Shown one piece after another: positions 14,426-27,300 of a DNA stretch of 64,000 nt. A program made the translations under genes and the position numbers. The stretch is from Tubulanus polymorphus. Taxonomy: Eukaryota; Animalia; Nemertea. Each line of letters opens with the position of its first letter. Position 1 is the stretch's first letter. Below the pieces are notes generated by a model. That model searched no databases. It was not told the origin of the DNA and was given only the letters and a program-made list of their open reading frames with translations. The stretch covers positions 4,836,001 through 4,900,000 of the forward strand of contig NC_134035.1 of assembly GCF_964204645.1 (NCBI RefSeq), in the 5' to 3' direction.

Positions 14426-15566
14426 AACTCGACTCACCTATAATAAGATGTGGCTAAACAGGGTTTACGAATTCTCAGCAAAATAGCATTCTTCATAGTA
14501 ATAACGCCAAGTTTTATCCTGGGCCCAGTGTCGTAAAACCAGTTTAAGCTTAAAACGGTTATGTTTGAATTGTTGAACACGTTGAAAATATTGAAAGTAA
14601 CCAATAGCAATTACACCAAAAATTAGAGTTAAACTTAAACGTGAAACTGTACCCTGATAACGACTTAGCTGAGTTTGACTCTAGAGAATAAACATTAAAG
14701 CCAAGTTGCATATTTGAACAATGTCCTGTCGCGCTCCACTATATAACTGGAACCATGACCGTGACCGGGACGTGATTAGCCTATGCATTCTGTACATGAG
14801 TCAGTTATATATCGGATGTTATACGAGACACACGTGCAGTTTTGTATAGATTTAGGATATCGACTCTGCGAGAAAATACATTAGATTTTTGAAATACACT
14901 ATCTGGAACTCACAAATTCAGACTTTCAAAAAAACCATTGTTCGTATCTGGACGCTGCAACGATCTTGTAGAGCGGATTCAAAATATTCACTTCGGAGCT
15001 GCAAGAACGTACGCAGGTTTTTGAAACGGGAATTCGCTACTCGACTTTCTCGAGTTCATATCGTTCGCATCTGGATAAACTACAGCAATCAGTGTTAGAG
15101 CCGATGATATCGTAGAATGAAGTGTCGATTTCATTGAAGATTGTAACGCTAAGAAATCTGTTTGGAATAAACTTGTGTAATATCAGGATATGATAAGCTT
15201 TTGGACAATGATTATCGGATTGATAAAATGTGACCGCTAATTGATTAAACCGTTGGTGAGACATTCTTATACTCTTAATTAGTGAGGTAATTGATTAAGT
15301 TGCATTCCTGTTTGTTCTTTGATAAATTATTCCCGTATGATTATGCCATTGAAAATGAATAAATTGATGTCTATATTTGATATTGTTTGTTATTGTTTTA
15401 TTCATTCCACTCTTATTGTGAGAATTAATGGTCTATTGGTGACTCGGGGGGCTTCGATCATAGGTTCGTGTAGAGACTCTGATGGTAAGACGATGAAGAA
15501 TAGGCTACACATTGCCCTGGCAGGTTAGGAATGAAGGCCCGTCACCCTGGGAATAACTCCTTTATG

Positions 15567-16790
15567 CCCTGGCAAGCGAGTATAGGTCCGGTCCCGCATT
15601 TAGGCTGTCTTCCTAGGGTGAAATTGGCCTTTTTTGCCCTGGCAAGCGAGTATAGGTCCGGTCCCGCATTTAGGCTGCCTTTCCTAGGGGGAAATTGGCC
15701 TTTTTGGCTCCTTTTTGCCCTGGCAAGCGAGTATAGGTCCGGTCCCGCATTCAGGCTGCCTTTCCTAGGGTGAAATTGGCCTTTTTGGCTCCTTTTTGCC
15801 CTGGCAAGCGAGTATAGGTCCGGTCCCGCATTCAGGCTGCCTTTCCTAGGGTGAAATTGGCCTTTTTGGCTCCTCTTTGCCCTGGCAAGCGAGTATAGGT
15901 CCGGTCCCGCATTCAGGCTGCCTTTCCTAGGGTGAAATTGGCCTTTTTGGCTCCTTTTTGCCCTGGCAAGCGAGTATAGGTCCGGTCCCGCATTTAGGCT
16001 GCCTTTCCTAGGGTGAAATTGGCCTTTTTGGCTCCTCTTTGCCCTGGCAAGCGAGTATAGGTCCGGTCCCGCATTCAGGCTGCCTTTCCTAGGGTGAAAT
16101 TGGCCTTTTTGGCTCCTTTTTGCCCTGGCAAGCGAGTATAGGTCCGGTCCCGCATTTAGGCTGCCTTTCCTAGGGTGAAATTGGCCTTTTTGGCTCCTTT
16201 TTGCCCTGGCAAGCGAGTATAGGTCCGGTCCCGCATTCAGGCTGCCTTTCCTAGGGTGAAATTGGCCTTTTTGGCTCCTCTTTGCCCTGGCAAGCGAGTA
16301 TAGGTCCGGTCCCGCATTCAGGCTGCCTTTCCTAGGGGGAAATTGGCCTTTTTGGCTCCTTTTTGCCCTGGCAAGCGAGTATAGGTCCGGTCCCGCATTC
16401 AGGCTGCCTTTCCTAGGGTGAAATTGGCCTTTTTGGCTCCTCTTTGCCCTGGCAAGCGAGTATAGGTCCGGTCCCGCATTCAGGCTGCCTTTCCTAGGGG
16501 GAAATTGGCCTTTTTGGCTCCTTTTTGCCCTGGCAAGCGAGTATAGGTCCGGTCCCGCATTTAGGCTGCCTTTCCTAGGGTGAAATTGGCCTTTTTGGCT
16601 CCTTTTTGCCCTGGCAAGCGAGTATAGGTCCGGTCCCGCATTCAGGCTGCCTTTCCTAGGGTGAAATTGGCCTTTTTGCGCTGGCAAGCGAGTATAGGTC
16701 CGGTCCCGCATTTAGGCTGCCTTTCCTAGGGAGAAATTGGCCTTTTTTGGCTCCTTTTTGCCCTGGCAAGCGAGTATAGGTCCGTTCTTG
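15567..16790. repeat. 81-bp GC-rich tandem repeat, ~15 near-identical copies
   Basis: Unit CCCTGGCAAGCGAGTATAGGTCCGGTCCCGCATTYAGGCTGCCTTTCCTAGGGKGAAATTGGCCTTTTTGGCTCCTYTTTG; 81-bp spacing (15718, 15799, ...). Confidence 0.97.
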
Positions 16791-18122
16791 CGTCTAGGCT
16801 GTTGTCCGTGCCCACCCTGGAGAAGGGGTGGCTCCTGCTCGATTTTGCACTGGCAAGTGAAGATTAATCCTGCGACAATGGGTATGGGTCAAACGAGTAA
16901 TTCTCACAAGAAATGAATAGAACAATAACGACAACGAAATACTAATTCAAAATATTGATTATGATATATTTATGTTTATTCTTAAATGGTCAATCATAAA
17001 TGAATGAATAAAGGAAGACAAACAGAGGAATCAGACTCACCTCTCAGTTTCAATATCATAAAATAAATCAATCTTTAGAAAATATACAATATCTCATTAA
17101 CGTTCTTTATGATTATCGATTGCACTTGATAATTATTCCAATCACTGAGTATCAGCTTATTATATCCCGATATTACACAAGTTCAAATCATATCATCCAT
17201 TCATACACTGATTGCTGCAGTTTTATCCAGATGTGATTGATGGGATTTTGACTTTCGACTTAATACCAGGTGACTAGTGTTTTTCTGAATACAGGAATCA
17301 TTTTACAAACAACAAACAAGAATCCACTTAACAACCGCGGTTTGAAAATAAATTATCAATCTCGCTCGTAATGTAACGTAAGTCATTGTTTCATCTCAAA
17401 GCGATCGCGTTTGATTATTATTCCGATGAACACGCGCATTGTCCGATACACCATCTGATTATTATGTTCCGATATTGCACAAGTTTATTCCTTACAGATT
17501 TCTAAGCGTCACCATCTTCACCGAAATCGAGCATTCATTCGCCGATGATTCTACGATAAGAGTTAGGACTGATCGTTGCAGTTTATCCAGCTGTGAACGA
17601 TAAGTTGATAGTTCAGATGAACGCGAATTCCAATAAAGAATTCCATATTCTTTAGTTGCAGCTCCTTTGAGCAAATATTTCGGAATCTCTACAAATAAAC
17701 CGTAAGCCTATGTGAGCCGTGAGACATTATACCTGATGCATGTACACGATGTATATCTGGTCACGTTCCGGTCACGGTCACGGTTAATCTAACCGTACGC
17801 GACGCTAAGATCAAATCATGCGAGTTGTATACCTCTGAACTGAAAAATATCATACAATTTGTAGACACATAAAATCAAACAAATCTGCATTAATCTAATA
17901 ACAATACAACAATACAATACACGGGTTGGATTCATGCAGTTGATGATAACGATCAATTCTAAAAACTTAAAACTCAATTACTGTTATCCATTTCGAACTC
18001 TACCTGATTTTTTCAGCATTTGTTCACTTTTATCAAAGTCATCTACTGCTAGCGTTCCCCATGAATTGTTTAGCACATTTAAATGACAGCGTGCTGATGA
18101 GCCGCTACGTTTGTTTATATAG

Positions 18123-19712
18123 TCTTCAGTCAGAATTGTGCAATTATTTTTCTGATTTTGTGTGTTGTTCTCGGGGTCAGAGGTCTATGTCTCGTAATAG
18201 ATTAGAGGGATAGTTTCTGGTCGCGAAATCCATATCCTTATCCCTAATTAATGATGCGGAATGGCATTTCGTGTTCATATATTCCCGCTGGGCCAAATAA
18301 AGAGAATAAAAGAAAAAACTCAGATTATCTGAGACACTCTGCGGACAAGATTCGGATGAAGTGGGCATTTGAGTCTGGCCTATTCTTGACCGAGGGTTGT
18401 GGATAACGGGATTACATTTGCATTGCTGAAGTAGATGTACTTAACATGGACTCTAAAAGAAGAGTCTACGATTCGAATTAAAAGAGCATCGGACCACTAT
18501 TTGGGCCCAGCCTACTCGAATGGTCCAGAGTCTCCATCCCTTCTATAACAAAGTTTGATCCGGTGCAGATGGTAGAGATGGTGGTGATGGTGATGCCGGA
18601 GAAGGTGATGGTGCAGAAAGAGGAGACGATGGTGATGATGGCAGTGATGCTGTGGGTGAAAATGGTAGCGATGCCAGATGTAGTGGTGATGCTGGTAATG
18701 GAAATAGTGGGGATGATGAGTGGTAGCGATGCTGGTGATTATGTTGATGCTGGAGGTGATGGTGATACTGGAGTAAATGGTGGTGATGCTGGTCAAGGTG
18801 ATGATGGTGGTGAGGCTGGAAGTGATGGTGGTGAGGATACTGGAAAAGGTGATGACGGAAATGAGACTGGAAGTCATGGTGGTGAGGTTGCTGGAGAAGG
18901 TGATGGTGTTGATGATGATGATGATGATGATGATGGAGCATCCCTTCTATTACAAAGCTTGATCCAGTGCAGATAGTAGAGATGGTGGTGATGGTGATGC
19001 TGGGGAAAGTGACGGTGGAGACAGTGGGGATGATGGTAGTGATGCTAGGGGTTGCTGGAGGTGATGATGGCAGTGATGCTGGAGAAGAGGTGATGGTGAT
19101 AGTCGAGATGGTGTTGATGGTTGTGATGGTGATGCTGGAGGTGATGGTGCAGATAGAGATGATGGTGGAGACGGTGGTGATGCTGGTGGAAATAGTGACG
19201 CTGATGGCGATAGAGAAACGGTGGTGATGATGGCAGTGATGCTGGAGGTGATGGTGATAGTCAAGATGGTGTTGATGGTTGTGATGGTGATGCTGGAGGT
19301 GATGGTGCAGATAGAGATGATGGTGGAGACGGTGGTGATGCTGGTGGAAATAGTGACGCTGATGGCGATAGAGAAACAGTGGTGATGATGGCAGGTGAAA
19401 ATGGTAGCGATGCTAGATGTAGTGGTGATGCTGGTGATGGAGATAGTGGGGATGATGAGTGGTAGCGATGCTGGAGGTGATTATGTTGATGCCGGAGGTG
19501 ATGGTGATGCTGGAGTAAATGGTGGTGATGCTGGTCAAGGTGATGATGGTGGTGAGGCTGGAAGTCATGGTGGTGAGGATACTGGAAAAGGTGATGACGG
19601 AAATGAGACTGGAAGTCATGGTGGTGAGGGCACTGGAGAAGGTGATAGTGTTGATGCTGGAGAAAGTGATGGTGGTGGTGGTGATGATGATGACAAACTG
19701 GACACCAACTTA
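18123..19712 (+). pseudogene. Probable pseudogene of a secreted Gly/Asp-rich low-complexity protein, internally duplicated
   Basis: Signal-peptide-like exon 18123-18182, then GAT/GGT-rich tracts reading GDAGGDG... in shifting frames; ~18535-18935 is duplicated within ~18940-19700, and both copies share the frameshift at GGGGATGATGAGTGGTAGC. Confidence 0.45.
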
Positions 19713-20252
19713 ACACCTAGTTTGAAATGCGTTCTGGCGGCAATAAGAGATCATACTGTCTTGATTGTTTATATTATGTCAGCGGCATCCATTCAAATAA
19801 AAAAGAATTGTTTCTTATGTAATAATGGTGATATTTTCATTCATTAAAGCGGTCTATTACATCATAAAAATCCATTGTTCGATATTGAACAATTGAATAG
19901 AATTTCATAAGTCACGGCCATTCTCTATACAGGTTCCAGATAAACAGCAGAGCGATCTAGGAATAGGTAAGATCGAAATCACAGATGTTAACATGAAATC
20001 TAGATGAATTGAGAAATTATATTTCGATGATACATTTCAATTGATTATTGAATTCAATTGATGATGAAATGAATAGAATGGGTGATGTGGTATGGGTGAT
20101 GAAACAATAGATGATAAGCAGATCTTTTTCAAGCAATTTCCATGAGGAATATTGAGGATTCATCTATGTCAGGAGGACAGAGATTAAGACATCTTGTGAA
20201 ATTGATTTTGTGAAGTTGTCTATACATATATTAACATATACTGGTACATATA

Positions 20253-20412
20253 TGGATCATTCATTTATTACGTACGCAGGAAATTTGACTTTTTCAACCT
20301 CCCCCTCTGTACGCAAAATCGGCCATTCTTTCATATACTTTAAGCATTACAGTACTCAATAGCGCTGAGCCCTCCCCCTCCCCTAATGCGTACGTAATAA
20401 ATGAATGATCCC
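20253..20412. mobile_element. PIF/Harbinger-like MITE
   Basis: TIRs GGATCATTCATTTATTACGTACGCA / TGCGTACGTAATAAATGAATGATCC; 3-bp ATA flanks. Confidence 0.75.
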
Positions 20413-20522
20413 ATAATCAAAATAAGTAACATATGTTTAAAAAGTATGGTAAAATGGACGAAAATATGGGACGGATTTTCATCAGATCTTCAACAGTAAA
20501 ATACGGAGATTTAAAGCGTATT

Positions 20523-20713
20523 GAGTCGAGAAGAAAAACGATATCCGTGTATGATGAATAAACGCGAGAGATCCCACAATTACGCAGCTAAAAAGAGAAA
20601 CGTTGAAGGATGTACGCCTGATGATGGCTAATAGTCTTTAGCCAAAACATTGTGCAAATATATATATACTCTTCAATTCAAATTTTCTCTTGGCTGAATT
20701 ATTGTGGGATTTC
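20523..20713. mobile_element. Degenerate family A Penelope-like insertion with a decayed hammerhead motif
   Basis: Matches the 30006-30264 element; CTGATGA at 20618 with stem GGCTAA/TTAGCC, but GAAAC is mutated to AAAAC; inserted in the first unit of the 106-bp repeat. Confidence 0.7.
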
Positions 20714-21110
20714 TTCAAAGTATATTCTTTCACCAAACAGTTCGGTTCATCTCCTAAGTTGAAACTTGGAATGTTACGGAACAATCTACAATCAGATCTT
20801 CAACAGCAAAATACAGAGATTCAAAGTATATTCTTTCACCAAACAGTTGAGTTCATCTTCTAAGTTGAAACTTGGAATGTTACGGAACAATCTACAATCA
20901 GATCTTCAACAGCAAAATACAGAGATTCAAAGTATATTCTTTCACCAAACAGTTCAGTTCATCTTCTAAGTTGAAACTTGGAATGTTACGGAACAATCTA
21001 CAATCAGATCTTCAACAGCAAAATACAGAGATTCAAAGCATATTCTTTCACCGAAAAAGTTCGGTTCATCTCCTCAAGTTGAAATATGGAATGTTACGGT
21101 ACAATCTACG
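20714..21110. repeat. 106-bp tandem repeat, ~3.7 copies, plus a partial unit at 20481-20522
   Basis: TTCAAAGTATATTCTTTCACC recurs at ~20714, 20820, 20926 and 21032 (last with one mismatch). Confidence 0.9.
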
Positions 21111-21303
21111 ATATATGCCTCCTCTCCTCACAGTTCGATATAAAGGTTAATTTTGAATGCGCGTGATTCGAGTCCTATTCGACGATCATATAAACGAAAT
21201 CGGCAAATCAGCGTCCCCGTGATCACCATCGACGTCATCTGCTGCGAACTGATTCTTCCGTTCGTCGTACGCGCGTTCCTCTCGTGCGATCAACTCGTCC
21301 AAA

Positions 21304-24300
21304 TCAGAAATAGGTACTGAAATATACGAGCGTAAATTGAATCAATTTTATGTATTATATACAGTAGCAATGACTGCAAGCAAGAAAACGAAGGTTCATA
21401 AGGAAGGACCGGTCTTAGTTGCTCCGTGTGGATAAGAGGGTTGTGGGTTCGAAGCCATGCTATTTGATCAGGACACGTCAGTGTTACCCGAACCACTGAT
21501 CTAACAACATACGTTGTACGTGGATTTAATCAATCTGATTGAAGAGTTTTTCACAGTACTGGAAATAAAATAAAAACCTAATAGGCCTTTCCCTTCAATA
21601 AGCTAGGTGAGTATCTAGATAGTTAGAGGAGTTTTTGTCATGCCATATCAGACGACGCCGAATACGATAAAGTGATCTAGATGATGACAACTTTCTCGGA
21701 GGTCGGTCATCGCCTGAAACCGGGAGAAGATTCACAAGTCGACTAAAACGAAGTACCGAGTGTGTAACGAGGGTGTGATGATTCATGCAAAGCGGGGGCA
21801 GTAGAAGCGAAGATATATCGTATAAACAACGAATTTACCCCGATTGATAGTGAGGCAACATCGGGAATAAAATCAATCGAATATTCAGACAATATTTAAT
21901 TGTGATTCCATTTTTTTCATGCAATCATTGCAGTGACAAATTCTAAATACCGCCGGTAGTAGTCGTCCGGCACCGAAGGAATAATTTCACATAAATGGAT
22001 GTGGCTACACATTTATACACTGTAAATGAGGTTGGCCTGGCTTTTTTCAAAGCAGTTTAAAAAACTTCAACTCCGATTGCAATGGACACAGACTTTCTAA
22101 CATCACCCCTCATACTTAAATACTGTACAATGCAGAGGTTGGCCAAAAATTCAACCGTAGAACTGGACCTGACGCACAAGGCGTACACACAGGGATAATT
22201 GAATGATAAAATACACTCACTTAAACCCTTTTCACTTTAAACACTTTTTCTATCCGAATCTGTCAATTGTCACTTATTTCAATATCAAAGAATGAAAAGC
22301 TACGGTGATACATTTCAAAACATCCCCCGCCGAAGGTCGAGTTCATAATGAAAAAAAAAAAATCTAATAATAAAATTGAATGCGATAATCTGCGCGTTTG
22401 CCCAGCTTACAAAACTGCTCTGAAACTACACCGACCCATCCAATGCGGACCCGTGGTTTGCATTTGATGACTACGCTTCAAGTGAATGAAATTGTAAAAA
22501 TACAGTCGTATTCAACATTGTCATGCGTAGTTCACATGCATTTCATTATTTCTAGCCGTGAAATTCATTTAATACTATACTCACTCATGTAATCAGGCCG
22601 CGTGCTTTAATAATCAATAATAATAACGTACTCGATATTAAAAACAAACATTTTCACGTAATGAAAAAAAAATTTGCTTATTAACGCAATAGGAAGATGC
22701 ATGCTATCTCATGATTTAGAGAATATACTCGTTGATGGACACATTCACTCCACCCAAGAGTTCCCTCAGGGTGGCCACTTTCCACCTGTTTACGAATCCC
22801 CTGAGGTTTCCCAGATTTTTCCACGTGATTACACAAAATAATTTTTAGGTTCAAAGTTCATTTTCCATTGAATCACGTACTGGTATTGATAAAGAAACAC
22901 GCGGTCAATAGCATTATCGGAATTCCCTGGGTTTTCCAGGTTATTGGTAAAATTTGTCAAATTCCGTGGGTTTTCGCTGATTTTTTTTATTCCCTGAGTT
23001 TTCCAGGTCAGTGGCCACCCTGTTCCAAATTTGACAACCTCCAAACTGTACCACAACTGAGTTCCACTATGGAACTAACTGATGAAATATCTAACATGAA
23101 ACTAATCGTGATCAGTTAGATTGGTTCCATTGAATTGAGACCAGTTTTATGCATCTCCCTTTGATTGCTGCGCCCAGTCACTACCAAAGTCCAAAAATGA
23201 TCTTAGATCTTAAGAATCAAGTTGTATGCTATGATACAACTGAAATGTGCTCGGACTGGTTTAAAAAGTCTTGACTGCAACTGGCTGCTGGGCGTTGTAG
23301 GGATACTTACCTAATAAAGCACAACACTAAACGAGAATCATAAAGAATAGTTTACCGGTAAATCATATTCACAGATTTTGACAAAATTTGATCACAGTTT
23401 TGAGTAAATATAATGCTTAATCATTTTCTCTGATGATGAAGTCTAGTCAAAACTCCGAAGCCGTCAGAAAATGAATGTTTTAATCATCAACTGTTGGTTT
23501 TACTCATCAACTCTTGAATACCGAGATTAATATCAGTCTACTAGTCATAATGCTAAACATCTGGTTATTCTCTAAGGTTAAATCTTACATGATTGAAATG
23601 AGACGGATAGACGATGCGAAAAGTTCAGAAACATACATGTACATGGCTAAATCAATTTAAAAAGAAAATTCATAAACAGACAGCGATGAAAATGATAGCA
23701 AACATTACGATATCTGACAGACATTTGAACGGTAGTAATGACGATTTCAAATAATGATCGAATCAACTGATTAAACTTTACCTAAATTACATATACGACA
23801 ATGGATACAAGCTGAAATAAAATAATCATTTTCGATGACTATTCTAGACATTTCGCAAGCTAATTTCGACGTCGATGATACGTCGACGGGAGTTAGGAGT
23901 GTAAATATTTGAAACTATTTCCAGATGAATATCATTAACCCTTTCAGTGCATCTACACAGCAGTGCGGTGTATAAATTGGGTACTTTGCTAGTACACCGC
24001 ATCATGGTGTATTGACGTTATAAGTACACATGTAATTTTTATCTCTATTGAAAGTTTGCAGCACATGTCAAACATAGTTGAATATCAGTCACTAATGATA
24101 CATCGCGCTGCGGTGTAGATGCACTATAGCGGTCTGACGGTTATTCAACACTGGACTGGAATTTTTCTGAATTTTCATTTATCTCCAGCACTTTCAGGTA
24201 TTAATAAGTCAGCACTGAAAGGGTTAAGAGAAACCCTCAACATCAATTCAAACAACACTGTGATTGTTTTCTCTTTTTTTCTGCCCAAATGTAAGAAAAG

Positions 24301-27300
24301 AAAAACAATAACAGTTGTTTGAATTGATGTTGTGCGCTTTTCATAATGATAGGGGTTAGGTGTACTTTCATATATATTACCAGTAACGTTTTTCATTCTA
24401 CTTACATTTCGTCCTCGTAGTTTTTCGGCGGTGCCTTCGCGATGACTACTTGTATATTTTCCTATTTCAAAAAAAAGGTTGACACTTACTCTATTCTTTC
24501 CATAGATCCCCCATGACATCATATCGCCTAGTACAGACAGTGTCCCTACAGATCAGTTATTCCTGGATATAAGGAGATTTCAAGGAGAAAATTTTAAATT
24601 TCGAGGAAGTGTCTGCATCACTTTCATGTCCTAATTACATAGACTTCTCCTAAATTGGTACTACTTTTCTGGTTTGGTTGTTTTGTAACCAAATCTTTAA
24701 CCTTAAGACTAACTAAACTCAGTTTCTAATTTGGTAATTGCCAAATTGGGTAAAAAAAGTCCTGGCCCCAACTGTACCGATTTAGGCGTAGTTTTCTGTA
24801 CAATTACAAATATTTCTAATTGCCTTTTTCTCAAATTGAAGGAGTTTTGGGCATTTTGCTCGAATAAAAGGAGTTTCAAGCACAGGTGTTTTTAAGGAAT
24901 CGAGGAATCCTAGGGATCCCGAGTGATTTTGGTGGCTGTTCCCGTAAATTCCTCACTGACATCGAAAATAAGCTACGGACTTCAGGATGGATTGATACTA
25001 TAAACCGTGGGAAACTAAATAACATTTTGAGCTCGACTTACTGTGGCCTTCTTACTAGCTTCTTTCAGTATGTTCTGAGCTTGAGCCAGAGTGATGTCTA
25101 ATAAACTCGATTTATCGACGATCATCAATTGATCACCTTTATGAATCCCACCTGAAAAATGAGGAAAAAAAAACAACATATTCTGTAGTGATCGAGATGA
25201 AGCGAGGGAAACGCACTGGGAAAATTCATGCAAATAATGATTTCACTTTCCATGGTTTCATACACTGAGTTCTGCTTTACCCCTTCAGTGCTGACTAATT
25301 AATGCCTAAAACTGCTGGAAATAATAATTTGAACATTTTCAAAGATTCCACATCAGTGTGTTGAATAATGGGCATACCACTATAGTACGTCTACACAGCG
25401 GTGCGGTGTATCGCTAGTCACTAATATTTAACTACGTTTGATAGATGCTGCCATCAGTGTACAAGCAAAGTCCACCAGAGTAGACACAGTGAAAGGGTTA
25501 ATTCAGATCAGTTTAATATAGATTTTGAATTAATTCAGATATCATTCATACCCCATACATTACATACATAAGTGTATGTTAGATATGACTTTATACCGGA
25601 TTAGATCAATAATCGCATTGATTTCATTGGTCGAAAATCATCTGAATTAAGTGGGTTTGACTGTATGTATAAATGTTACTATCAGTTAATTCGAAAAATA
25701 GAAAAAAGCTTTTTTGCAATTTTACAGTTTATCCGGTGAAGTGGTGAGATGCTACAACTTACCGTGTCGATCGACAGCGCCACCAGGGAATATATCAGAA
25801 ACGATGATCTTTCCTGCTAACGGTGAGTCAGTGCCACCTTCGATAGCGATATCTAATGGAAAATCCTAGAATAGAGTCAAAATTCAAAATATTTTAAAAT
25901 CACTTTATGGATCCGTAATGTGGAACAAAACATCATTGGATAGACAGTTCAATAAACTACACAGGAAAGTTGAGAGACAAAAAAAACCCAAATAAATATA
26001 ACAGAGTGAATTATATGAAAGATAAGTGGATCAATACAGCGGTATAAAACTATTTACAGTGAACCCCTGATATACTACCCTCCCACTTACTGCCACTCCC
26101 ACCTACTGCCAGTTTTTCTCAATGTACATCTCAATACAAATACATAGTAAAACACCTCCGATATACCACCATACACTCTACACCGCCAAAATCGTTCTGC
26201 ACCAATGTGGGTGGTATATCGGGGCTTGAACGTAGTTCGGTTTAGAATTAGACTTCTATTTCACTATTGATTACCACAAACTCACTTTATCAATGGTCAA
26301 TAACGCTATCGTTCGTCCGGCAATTTGCTGCGGCGTGAATAATTTCGACGCATCGAAGTTTTCTTCTTTCATCTCGTCTGCCAATTTAACGTCTTCGATA
26401 ATCGTGCACCTTCAAAAAACCAGTGGAGAATTCCAGTGAATTATACAGTAATGAATAATAAAAATAATAATAGGAATTTAATAGGAACTTTTTAACGAAT
26501 TGATCAAACACCGACTAGAAGACAGGTCAAGCTTGTGTCAAGTTCGGGGGCCTAAAATCTAGTAAAGTGAATATGAAATAATTTTGACTACGTAAAAAAC
26601 TGACTGTAAGTAAATCACGCCATCTAGCGGTGACGTGTCACATTATATAGTACAGGCACTAATGAGTAAAAGGCAAAAACCCAAAATATCCCCACATGTA
26701 TAGTACGGCTATAAATTAGCCATTGTCGCTGTACATGATGGTCAATATAAGGGCTATAACAAAACCAATGCTACTTTGGTTCATCTCTGATAGTGCCCGA
26801 AACCAAATGCATTATTCAGAGAAAGTAAAACATGAAAAAATTGATACAACTGATTTACAACATTCTCTCTAATGAAAAATCTAACAAGTTTATAGGCAAG
26901 AAAATCATACACTCCTTTTCATAAATGTCAAGAGGGATTTATAATGAAAATTTCTAAATGCCTGATAACACAAAAAAGAATGGGAGGGCATTTAATTAAA
27001 CTCGAGCAAATAATAAGGCCTTATCGTCAGTTTTGTTAGTCAAAAATGAATAAGGCAGATGAACAAACATTCATTACAATATATACGGAGAGTTGAAGCG
27101 GTTAAGAGCGTCTCACCACAGCCCCACGTTCAGTTGTCAAAGCCACATCAACTTAAGAAGGTAAGATTTTTGAAAAACGGATCATCACACACGCATCTGG
27201 TTCTTTACAACTTAACAGTAACGTTTTATTGTGGTACTAATAGCTGCTGCGCATTGAATTAGAAATCTAGATTTTTATATCATTTTTTAATGGGGAAATT

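Noticed and set aside
18512-19716. His-rich, Ser/Pro-rich and Met/Val-rich ORFs
   Set aside because: Alternative frames and strand of the GAT/GGT tract, with no supporting start or splice context.
24175-24522. 115-aa ORF from the track
   Set aside because: Wrong frame over harmonin exon 20 (true frame [18 protein letters not shown]) plus intron and MITE sequence.
26617-26634. CTCF-like motif CGCCATCTAGCGG
   Set aside because: A single short match with no other support.
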